A stretch of 64,000 nt of DNA from assembly GCA_963792965.1 (NCBI GenBank), contig CAWBYW010000016.1:32001-96000 (forward strand), in the 5' to 3' direction. The DNA comes from an uncultured delta proteobacterium. Lineage in GTDB: Bacteria > Desulfobacterota > Zymogenia > Zymogenales > Zymogenaceae. Position numbers and translations under genes: made by a program. Below, in pieces: positions 50,825 to 60,299 of the stretch (positions are counted from its first letter, which is position 1; the number at the start of each line of letters is the position of its first letter). Under the pieces are notes generated by a model, which saw only the letters and a program-made list of their open reading frames with translations, was not told the origin of the DNA and made no database searches.

Positions 50825-51412
50825 TTACGAAACGGGCGTGCCGCCTTCCGGCTTGTCGCCCCCCGGCTGGGGCGCCTCTGTTGCCCCCTTGGTGACTACG
50901 TACTTCCTCTCCTCGAGGATCCTCTCCATATCATCGGCAAACGACGTGAGGGCACCGATCTCTCCGTCCACTTTCGCCGGGTCCGAGAGAATATCCTTCA
51001 TCGCCGAGAGGCGCTTGTCCATCGCCTCGACCTTTGCCAGGATATCCAGGTCGTAGGTCATGAGCGCTTCAAGCTCGGCATCCAATATCCTCACACGCTC
51101 AAAGAGCCCCGAATATCCGTGCGCCGAGTATTTGATCGTGTCCCGGAGCTTGTCGAGCTTACGGTTGAGGCGGTCCAGCTTATCCAGCCCCGTGAGAATC
51201 TTCTTTTCGGTCATCGCCTCCATCACCGTCATCACCGAGCCTTTCAGATGATCGAAGCGCTCGGCGATATGCTCCCGAATGATCTTATCCCGCTCCCGGG
51301 CATTTTCGCGCTTGAGGTAGCTCCCGAGGAGCGGTATCTCCTGGACCATTTTCTCCAGCTTCTGGGCCATCCCCTCGGATATCCCCTCCCAGAATACGCC
51401 TTTTTCCGGCAT
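50825..51412 (-). CDS. conserved alpha-helical hypothetical protein
   Basis: IPLLGSYLKRENARERDKIIRE, HGYSGLF; helical and charged; first gene of SPFH operon. Confidence 0.75.
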   Translation of the reverse strand: MPEKGVFWEGISEGMAQKLEKMVQEIPLLGSYLKRENARERDKIIREHIAERFDHLKGSVMTVMEAMTEKKILTGLDKLDRLNRKLDKLRDTIKYSAHGYSGLFERVRILDAELEALMTYDLDILAKVEAMDKRLSAMKDILSDPAKVDGEIGALTSFADDMERILEERKYVVTKGATEAPQPGGDKPEGGTPVS

Positions 51413-51534
51413 GGTCTGTTCTCCTTTATAATACCGTTATGATTAAGGATAGCGCCTCGACCCGACACCTCCGAAGAAGAGACATTGATGGGCGCGGCCG
51501 TTACCCCTCACCCGCGCCCCGCCGTGCGCCGAGC

Positions 51535-51765
51535 CTATTTTCGCACAAATAACAGGATGAGCGAGATGATCGCGCTGATGATCAGCATGCTCACGATGGG
51601 AAAATATAGGGTGAAATTTTCCCGCCTGATGATGATGTCGCCGGGGAGTTTCCCGAGAAAGGGGATCTTCCCCTCGAAGATCAGCAGCGCCCCGATCACG
51701 ACGACCACCAACCCAATGATGATGAGCACCCATCCGAACTGACGTATCTCTTCCGGGCCGGCCAT
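51535..51765 (-). CDS. DUF2905 family small membrane protein
   Basis: LGKLPGDIII...YFPIVSM. Confidence 0.85.
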   Translation of the reverse strand: MAGPEEIRQFGWVLIIIGLVVVVIGALLIFEGKIPFLGKLPGDIIIRRENFTLYFPIVSMLIISAIISLILLFVRK

Positions 51766-51772
51766 GGCTTCC

Positions 51773-52177
51773 CTATTTGGTCATCCCCTCGAAGGCGACC
51801 CAGAAAGAGGTGAGCTTGCCCCGATGGCTGATGGGAACCACGACCGCGTAGGTCAAGGGAAGGTCCACGACGGCGAAAAAAGAGCTCCCGTCGTAGTGAA
51901 AGGCGTACGCCTTCACCTCATAGGGGTCAATCCGTGGAGCCAGCACGATATCAAGGCTCCCTCCCGGCTCGATTCTCCCCATAAAGTAGTCGTCGACCAC
52001 GACGTTGAGGGTGACGGGTCCCCGTGCGGTAGGGGACGTGTCCGTGTCATTAAAGACCGTCCCTGCGACGAGCCCGCTGTCGACCTGAGAGATCCCCCCG
52101 TAGGGAATCGCGACGAGCGCAAACACTGAAAGGATAAATAAGAGCGCCCTAAATATCTGTCGTTTCTGCATCATCAT
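51773..52177 (-). CDS. exported hypothetical protein
   Basis: signal peptide; start overlaps queH stop; GAAGGAG RBS. Confidence 0.6.
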   Translation of the reverse strand: MMMQKRQIFRALLFILSVFALVAIPYGGISQVDSGLVAGTVFNDTDTSPTARGPVTLNVVVDDYFMGRIEPGGSLDIVLAPRIDPYEVKAYAFHYDGSSFFAVVDLPLTYAVVVPISHRGKLTSFWVAFEGMTK

Positions 52178-52764
52178 GCCCTCCTTCTTCCCTCCACGAG
52201 GGCTTCTATCTTTTTCTTGTAACGTTCCTCTTCGCTGAAGATACAGCCGCAATATTTTTGACGATACACACCCATGGCACGGGCACGCCGTTGACCCTCA
52301 TGCCAGCCGGTTCGGAAATCCTCGTAGTATACATCGACGCCGCTGTCCGCCGATTCCTCTCGCGCGATCCCCCTGAGGGTGTCGTGATCCTGGTAGATCG
52401 AATAGAAGAGCGTCGTGGTGACGGCATCGACCCCGATCTCTTTCCCTTTGACGAAGGCGGCCTTAAGCCGCATCCGCCAGCAGGTCTCACACCGCCTTGT
52501 CGTCGAGGCGAAAACCTCACGGAGGAAGTCTCCCACGTTGTATGAAGGATCGACAATGAGGCCCACCTTCGTGACCCGGTAGTATTCCGAGACGGCCGCG
52601 AGCCGCTTCTCGAACTCCGAGAATGGGTGAATGTTCGGGTTAAAGAAGAACCCGGTAACGGCAAACCCCTGCGACATGAGCCGCGCCATCGGGTAGAGCG
52701 TACAGGGGGCGCAGCAGCTGTGCAGGAGGATCCGCGACGATTTCGATGTCTCATCAAATGCCAT
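52174..52764 (-). CDS. queH: epoxyqueuosine reductase QueH
   Basis: LLHSCCAPC, FNPNIHP, RCETCWRMRL, YRQKYCGCIFS. Confidence 0.92.
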   Translation of the reverse strand: MAFDETSKSSRILLHSCCAPCTLYPMARLMSQGFAVTGFFFNPNIHPFSEFEKRLAAVSEYYRVTKVGLIVDPSYNVGDFLREVFASTTRRCETCWRMRLKAAFVKGKEIGVDAVTTTLFYSIYQDHDTLRGIAREESADSGVDVYYEDFRTGWHEGQRRARAMGVYRQKYCGCIFSEEERYKKKIEALVEGRRRA

Positions 52765-53079
52765 CCGGTCACCTGCGGGCGTGTACACCTTAACAAAAGT
52801 ATCAGATTTCTTTTCCCCTGTCAAGGGCGCCCGGCTTCAAGCATAAGAATAGGTTTCTTTTTGAAAACGTGTGCTCATCACGTACAGCGACGTGGTATCG
52901 TCCCTTCAATGCGATTGTCGTGCATCCCATGACTGCCAGGTGCGCCCCGATATATCGCGCGCCCGTTACAAAAAAACCTTGATTAGTAGGGAATTCTATG
53001 ATAAAAGTATTTTTGCGTCTTTTTTGTCAGGTCTTTTTATATAATGATCTCATGAGCGATAGAGGGGAGGTGAAGGTCG

Positions 53080-53280
53080 TTGGAGGTCAAGGTTCTCGAT
53101 AACGACATTGAGAAGGCCATCAAGATCCTGAAGAACAAGCTTGCAAAAAGCGGGTTTTTCAAGGAGATGAAAGAGCGCCGATTCTACGAAAAACCGAGTG
53201 TGAAAAAGAAGAGAAAAAGGGCCGAGGCCAAGAAGCGGTCGATCAAGTCGATGCGCCGGAGACGGGACTCGGAATATTGA
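53080..53280 (+). CDS. rpsU: 30S ribosomal protein S21
   Basis: IEKAIKILK...RRFYEKPS; GGAGGT RBS, TTG start. Confidence 0.95.
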   Translation: MEVKVLDNDIEKAIKILKNKLAKSGFFKEMKERRFYEKPSVKKKRKRAEAKKRSIKSMRRRRDSEY

Positions 53281-53441
53281 GCACCGGTCTTCCGGATGTT
53301 CTTGTGACGGATCGGGAAGTGCCAACAGAAGAAGCGGACCGACTCAGCGACGATTAACACGCCGCGGTGTGGACACAATCGATCGGCCCGCCGTGTGAAG
53401 CTTCTTGCTCCGTCCGGGATTGCACCGCGATCGATAACATG

Positions 53442-53470
53442 AAAAAGGGGGTATCAAACCCCCTTTTTTT
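53442..53470 (+). terminator. intrinsic terminator downstream of rpsU
   Basis: AAAAAGGGGGT-loop-ACCCCCTTTTTTT. Confidence 0.75.
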
Positions 53471-53604
53471 ATTTTTTATATGCGCACGGCCATCAGACGA
53501 CAGAGTCCTCATCGGGCCGGCGGACCCGCTACGTCCGCGCGTATCCGAGGCGTATGATCGGCCCGCGCCCCCGCCGAGATCGATGAATGACCCGTCGCCC
53601 CTAC

Positions 53605-53853
53605 CTAAGTCTTCCGCGGGTTAAACCGCTCTTCATAGATCTTATCGATAAAGATGGTCTTTTCCGTATGGAGGATCGCCACGCTCCAATTACTGCCTTC
53701 GTAGATAATCTTGTGGTGTGTGGCGTACCTGTTCCTTTCGTTGGTCTGGGGCAACAACCCCTGTGACCGGATCTCGTGAAAGAACTTTTCAGTCGCTTCG
53801 GCATCAAGGTGCGAGTAGACCTTGAAACCGTCCACGACGTGGAACGTCGGCAT
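53605..53853 (-). CDS. small hypothetical protein (82 aa)
   Basis: ATG with AAGG upstream, protein-like composition, fills an intergenic gap. Confidence 0.45.
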   Translation of the reverse strand: MPTFHVVDGFKVYSHLDAEATEKFFHEIRSQGLLPQTNERNRYATHHKIIYEGSNWSVAILHTEKTIFIDKIYEERFNPRKT

Positions 53854-54084
53854 AGCGCGCCTTCTTACTTTCGCTTCTATTACTATTCCTATTACATGAT
53901 TTCTTTCATTGCTGCAATAGTTTTCTCATCTTTTTCTAGCCATGCGTCTCGTGAAAACCGGTCCTTAGGCAAGGACAGGAAACATGGAACGGACAGTGTC
54001 AAAGAGCTCCCGTAACATGAGGCTCTTTCTGCTCTTCCTGAATCGGGTGACCAGGGGTCGAGCGCAAAAAAGGACAGGCCGGTT

Positions 54085-55580
54085 TCAAAATATCGGGGGA
54101 CGTCGGTCAAACCAGGGCGCCGCCTTCTCGAGCTGGGCCGCAAGGCGCAGCAGCACGTCCTCGCGCCCGAACGGCGCGGTGAAGTGCACCCCGCACGGGA
54201 GATTGTCCTCCGTCCAGTGCATCGGCACCGACATCGCCGGAAGCCCCGTGAGATTCGGCAGCTGCGTGAACGGCGTCGCGGCGAGGTTTTCAATGGCGAG
54301 CTTCTCCACGATCCCGGTGGCCTTCAGGAGCTTTCCCGCCCCGAGCCCGTTGACGATCTTCATCAGCACCACTTCCGCGGGCTTAGGCTTCAGCTCCCCG
54401 ATCTTGACCGGCGGGCGCGCCGTCGTCGGGGTCAGGTAGAGGTCGTATTTCTCAAAGAACGTCCCCATCACGCGCGCCGCCCGGTCCCACTCCCTGATAG
54501 CGGCCACAAACTCGCCCGACGAGACGGCCCTGCCCAAAAGCCCTAAGGTCCGGGTGACCAGCTCCACCTCGTGCTTGGCGGCTCGTCTGCCGTAGGTCTC
54601 CTTGATGATCTTAATGTCCGCGGCCATCTCGCCCAGATACATGATGAAATAGCCGATCGCCAGCGCCTCGAAGGCCACCGGCGGGCTCGCCTCCTCGACC
54701 GCGATGGCCGAGGCCGGAAAGGAGCTTTGCCGTCTTTTTGACGGCCGCCACGCACTCCTTGTCCACCCCCTTGCCGACGGGGGATGCGGTGTCAAAGGCG
54801 ATCCTGAGCTTGCCCGGGTCCTTCTTGATCTCCTGGCTGTAGGGCCGCTCCGGCGGCGCAATCACGTAGGGCGCACCGGGGTCGGGGCCCTCAAGCGCAT
54901 CCAGCGCCGCGGCGCTGTCGCGCACCGAGCGACTCAATACGTGCCCCACCACGGCCCCCTGCCAGAGCTCGCCCCAATCCGGGCCCGGTGGGGTTTCGCC
55001 CGCGGGAGGGCTTGAGCCCGAAGAGCGCGCAATTGGACGACGGTATGCGGATCGACCCTCCGCCGTCGCCCCCGGAGGCCATGGGCACGAAGCCCGCGGC
55101 CACCGCCGCCGCCGATCCGCCGCTCGATCCGCCCGGCGTGTGCTCGAGGTTCCAGGGGTTGCGGCACGGCCCGAAGAGGTCCGGCTCCGTATAGGCGACC
55201 AGCCCGAACTCGGGCAGGTTGGTCTTGCCGATGACGACCAGGCCCGCACGTTTGTATCGGGCCACCATCTCGCTGTCGCGCTCGGGGACGAAGTTTCGAT
55301 AGGCCCTGCATCCGCTGGTCAAAGGCACCCCGGCATAGGCATCCAGGAGGTCCTTGAGCAGAAACGGCACCCCGGTAAAAGGGCCGTCGGGGAGCTTGCC
55401 CTTGGCACTCTTTCGGCCGATGTCGTACATGGCGTGGATGACCGCGTTGATCTTCGGGTTTCCCCGCTCGATGCGAGAGATCGCCTCCTCGACCAGCTCG
55501 GCGGCCGAGACTTTCTTCTTCTTCACGAGCCCCGCCAGCCCCAGAGCGTCATATTTCTCGTACTCTTTAAAGCCGCTCAT
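54085..55580 (-). CDS. amidase signature family protein, split over frames
   Basis: [32 protein letters not shown]; C-terminal [15 protein letters not shown]. Confidence 0.88.
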
Positions 55581-55612
55581 TTCTTTTCTCCTTGCGTTCG
55601 GAGGATTATATA

Positions 55613-56841
55613 TCAGGCCCGCTCTTTCTTTTTCTTGATCTCCAGCGCTGCTTTAAGGCCCTTTTCCCTGATCACCTTGATCTTGAGCCCCGTCTCGGTG
55701 AGCCTGAAGAACCGCTTCCCGTATTTACCGCAGCAGCCTCTTGTCTATCTCGAAGCCGAGCCCCGGCCGCGAAAAGGGCGCCAGCATCCCGTTTCCGTCC
55801 GGGATGATGGGCGCGATGATCCCCTCCCGAAATTCGGGCACCCACGAGGGCTCCTCAAGCGGGTACTCCAGCGGGAGCTTGTTGCCCCTATCTGCCAGCA
55901 CCATGTTCCAGTTGACGTAGAACCCGATGCCGTTGGTCCAGGTGTGCGGGGAGTATTCGCGTTTGCGGGCATGGCAGGCGTCGATCACCTGCTTGACCTG
56001 AGCTGATGCCGCCGGCGAACGTCGCGTCGGGCTGGTAGACATGGAAACAGTCCTTCTCGAGCATGATCTTGATCTCGTCCCAGCCGTAGTTGAGCTCGGC
56101 GCCCGCGATCTTGACCTGGCTGACCTTCTTGAGCGCGGCGTTGCCGTCATAGTCGCGGGAGTCCAGCGGCTCTTCGAGCCATCGGATCCCGTTGGCATGG
56201 CAGGCGGCCGCGAACTCTTTTGCGCGCTTAAGGTCCCAGGCCGGGATGCGGTCGACGATCGAGACGAGCCAGCCCTGGTTTGCGTCCACGCCGAGGGCAA
56301 GCCTGTCTCCGACCCCTTTCTTGATGATCTCGATATGCCGGATATCGTCTTTGAGCGTCTTGTTCTTGACCCGGAGCTTGGCCGTGCAGAACCCGCGCTC
56401 GTGCATCGCCAATAGCTCCTCGACTCGCCTTTTCGGCTCGTGCATCTCGCCGGTGGAGCAGTAGACCTCGATGGGCCGCGCCTTGCCGCCGAGCAGCTCG
56501 TAGACGGGCTTGCCCCGTGCCTTGCCGATGATGTCCCAGCAGGCGGGCTCGATCCAGAAGTTGCGCCACCCCAGGTATCCCGCCTGCTTGAGCAGGCTCT
56601 GCATCCTCTCGATATCGGTGGGGTCGGCGCCGATCAGATACCCGCCCATGAGGTCGCCCAGCCCCTCGCGCTCGCGCCCCATGGCCGACCCCGCACTGAA
56701 GCCTTCGATACCCTCGTCGGTGATGAGCCTGACGAGGGTGAAGCGGTTATGCGTCTGCGGGTAGCCGGGGATCCAGGTGGGCCAGAAGGTCTCTTTTAAG
56801 GGTACGGATACGTGGTAAAGCTCGACGGCGGTGATCTTCAT
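55613..56841 (-). CDS. mandelate racemase/muconate lactonizing enzyme (enolase superfamily), frameshifted
   Basis: WDIIGK, VDANQ, WLEEP, QPD, PHTW, RPGLGFEID. Confidence 0.87.
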
Positions 56842-56921
56842 GCGCGCCTCCTCACGAAGTGCCGGGTACATGCTCGAGAGAGGGGAGGCTCCGCTCGCCG
56901 GCCCCTCCCCTCCCAGGGATG

Positions 56922-57483
56922 CTATTGATATATGATCGGTGGGTAAAAGGTATAGGACCCGGAGTCCGAAAAGCCACCCGATCCCGAGACCGACCAGTTT
57001 ATGCGCACGGCGGCCTTGATGATGCCCAGGCCGATCATCGATTTGTAGTCAAAAACGGGGACGTCTGCCCATTCCAGCGAATCGGAGCCGCCGACGTTGC
57101 CGATGAAGGCGCACCCGTGGGGCGGAAGTAAGCTCAGGACCGCGGCGTCACACGTGCAGCAGTCCGGCGATATACGAACCTTCTCGAAGAAGTTGAGGTT
57201 CGCGCCGGTCAGCACCTGGTCGCCCTTTTTCGTCTGGACGATGAGGACAAAGGAGACCTTGCCCGCGGTGATGGTCTTGTCGGACGTATTGGTGGCCTTT
57301 ATGTACCACTGGTCCTGCTTCTCCTTTCCGCACAGGACCACGTAGCCGCTACTCGAACAGGCACTGTTGAAGTATACCTCATTTGGCGTAAACTGAAGCG
57401 TGTTGCCCGAAAACGCGGGGATCGAAAAAGACAGGGTAACCAGAGGAGCCGCCAACTACGACTAATAGGCCTTTTCGTGACAT
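56922..57483 (-). CDS. exported Cys-containing hypothetical protein (indel in signal peptide)
   Basis: GGAGG + ATG at 57483 (MSRKGLLVVV) joins ORF 56922..57455. Confidence 0.55.
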
Positions 57484-57659
57484 TTCGCTACCTCCGTATT
57501 GATCGGCACGGGGCCTTTTCGCGATATTGTATAAGAAAACCGGGCCGCGGGCAAGAAATAACCGCCCGGAGCGGTATCTTAGGGGATCGGGGGCGGATGT
57601 CGGTATGCGTGCCCGGGGGGAGAGAGCCCGGGTCGGATCGCCTCGCGATGAAGGTCCTG

Positions 57660-58237
57660 TCATTTCCTGAGGGCGAGTATCTCGTAGCGACACGTCGCGG
57701 CGCCCGTCGCCTTGCATCGGGTCTCGACCGTCCGGACTCGACAAGGCCCGCCCACGCCGCCATGCTGTCTAAAAAACCGTTCAGTATCGTGCAAATCGCC
57801 ACGTCGCTCTTGATATTGTAGCAAGTCGTGCATGCATCATTGTCATAGACGACGGTATCGCCCTCGATGAGCGCTCTGCCCCGGCCGGAGGCCATCGTGT
57901 AGAGCTCGATGGCCTTGAAAAGGCGCTCCCGTGGGGGGAGCCCGTTGAACGACTCGAATAACCCGAGGTTCGTCGCGTGCTTGGCGATGGCCTTCCCGAT
58001 AACGCGGAAGATGGCCTTGGCCCCCGGGACTCCCAACAGCTCGTAAAAGCTGACGATGATCCTGGCGTACTCTATGTCAGTGTAGGTCTTCTCAAATCCG
58101 TAGCCGGGTCTGTCCTCGATAAGGGAGGACATCATGGCGAAGTTGAGCAGCGCCTTGAGCCCGTTTGTGCCGATCACCTCTTCAGTGGCGTCCATGAGGA
58201 TCCTGACGGTGCCACTGGCAACGGTTTTTTCATCCAC
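57660..58237 (-). CDS. V4R-domain protein, frameshift near 57740
   Basis: EEVIGTNGLKALLN, CTTC, AICTI, corrected end VETRCKATGAATCRYEI. Confidence 0.75.
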
Positions 58238-58393
58238 GTGTTCACCTCGGCATGCGGGCGGCATTAAAGATCGTACCGCAGCGTGTTTGAGGTATTCAGG
58301 TCGTCCGCGTTTCTCACGGAGCGATCATCCTACCCGTCTCCGGCTCGATCTCGTTATGACGGCTCACCCGACGACAAGATGGGTCCGTCGCGG

Positions 58394-60016
58394 TCAGAGA
58401 GACTTCCCCTCCAATCCCGCTATTTTCCCCTGTTTGGCCGTGCTCTTCTTCCCGTACATTTCTTTATCGGCCGACGTGATCAGCTCCTCGATGGAAATAT
58501 CGTCAACCAGCCAGGAGATCCCGTAGCTGATTGTCACCCCGTGTGTCTTTTCGGTTACCTTCATGTTGATCCGTTTGATGATATTTTCGGCTATCACCGG
58601 GTCTGAGTAAGGGAGGATCAGGGCGAACTCGTCGCCCCCGTAGCGGTAGCCGCTGTCCACCTCATTCCTGATGGAGCGCAGCGTTATCTCGCCGATCGCG
58701 CGCAGTATCTGGTCCCCTTTGAGATGACCGTGCAGGTCGTTGTAGGTCTTGAAGTTGTCCACATCAAAGATGACCAGGCACAACGGATAGCGCATCCTCC
58801 TTGCCCGCTCCACTTCTTCTTTGATTTTCTTCGTGAAATGGCGCTGGTTGAAGAGCCCCGTCAAGTTGTCGGTGATGGAAAGCCGTATCAGTTCGCTTTC
58901 CAGTTGCTTTCTCTCCGTGATCTCCTCATTATAGATCGCCCATCGGACCACCGTCCCGTCCGAGTCGATGACCGGATGAACGCGAATATCGAACCAGCGG
59001 CCGCTCACCTCTTCTTCGAACCGCACGGGTTCCCGACTCCTCAAGGCGATTTCTGTCCTGTCCTTCATGCTCCGGGCAAGGCCCGGCGCGAGCAGGGAGT
59101 AAATATCCTTTCCGATGAGATCCGCGGAGCTTCTCTTGAAGTCCATTGCCGCGTTATCGTTGAGAGCCGCGATCTTCCCGTCCGTCGAAAGGAGAACGGC
59201 CCGGTTCTTCGTGGCGTTCAGGAGCACCCGCTGCGTCTCTTCGTTCTGCTTGAGATTATGGAACAGCACGGCATACGGCTCGATGAGTGTCGTCTGGACA
59301 ACCGCCTTATACATAAAATAGAACGACGCGATCTTCAGCAGGTGGCCGAGCATGTTGCTAAACCCGTAGGGGCTTGTATAGAGGGTAAACAACACTTCGG
59401 AGACGACGGCCAGGCCCACAGAGATGCTCAGGAGGGAAAAAACGCTCGTATCGAAGAGCGCGCGCCTCCGAGCCAGCAGGAAGATCGAGGCCGAGAAGAA
59501 GAGGCAGATCACGTATTCGGCCACTTTCTTGAAGGGTGTCAGACCCACTCCGTCGACGAAACAAACCGGAAAGATGCCCCAGATAAAGATCGAGGAGAGA
59601 ACCAGCGTGACAACCGCGAAATAGGAGAGAAACACGATCCGGGCCCGTATTTTCCTGCCGATGTAGAAAGGAGCGATAAAGAGGGAAACGGCCTGTATCG
59701 AGCGGGCGGTGATCCACAGCTGGGTGGCGGTGTTTGCCCCAAACCCGGGCAGGACGCGCATCCCCTCGTAGGCGAGCATATGGACGAGGTCAATCAGACC
59801 GACAAAGAGAAACGCGATCCCGATGAAAAGGAAGTAAGTATTCTCCCCGATCTTCCGGGTGTTCCAGAAGACGATGAAGACGGCCCATGCGACGACGATG
59901 CTGAACATCTCCGCCAGGACGTGGAAGAGGAGGTAATTATCCCGACTTATGAGGTAAAGTCCGGCGGCGGCCGCCGTCCCCACGAGGACCCGTATGATCA
60001 GCTCATACCGTTTCAT
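58394..60016 (-). CDS. MASE3-PAS-GGDEF diguanylate cyclase
   Basis: NYLLFHVLAEMFS (MASE3), PAS, TDNLTGLFN, YRYGGDEF. Confidence 0.92.
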   Translation of the reverse strand: MKRYELIIRVLVGTAAAAGLYLISRDNYLLFHVLAEMFSIVVAWAVFIVFWNTRKIGENTYFLFIGIAFLFVGLIDLVHMLAYEGMRVLPGFGANTATQLWITARSIQAVSLFIAPFYIGRKIRARIVFLSYFAVVTLVLSSIFIWGIFPVCFVDGVGLTPFKKVAEYVICLFFSASIFLLARRRALFDTSVFSLLSISVGLAVVSEVLFTLYTSPYGFSNMLGHLLKIASFYFMYKAVVQTTLIEPYAVLFHNLKQNEETQRVLLNATKNRAVLLSTDGKIAALNDNAAMDFKRSSADLIGKDIYSLLAPGLARSMKDRTEIALRSREPVRFEEEVSGRWFDIRVHPVIDSDGTVVRWAIYNEEITERKQLESELIRLSITDNLTGLFNQRHFTKKIKEEVERARRMRYPLCLVIFDVDNFKTYNDLHGHLKGDQILRAIGEITLRSIRNEVDSGYRYGGDEFALILPYSDPVIAENIIKRINMKVTEKTHGVTISYGISWLVDDISIEELITSADKEMYGKKSTAKQGKIAGLEGKSL

Positions 60017-60299
60017 CTGCTGCGCGGGGCATAATATCCCGTTAAGAAGAGATGTTGTCAAAACTGATATGTATTTTGTCTATTATAGCAAAAGTTTCAA
60101 GAAATCGAAAGAGAATCTAATCGACACGGGTAAAGATGTGGGACCGGCAACGACGTGCAACAATGGAATAGAACGGGCAACGAGGATGGGGCTCCTCATC
60201 GAGGAAGCGGTCGATACTCACGGGGCGGCCTCTCTTTCGTCCAGATTTTAGTGCCGAGACCGGTGACTACTCATGTAGTACGGCGGCCGAAAGACGGCT

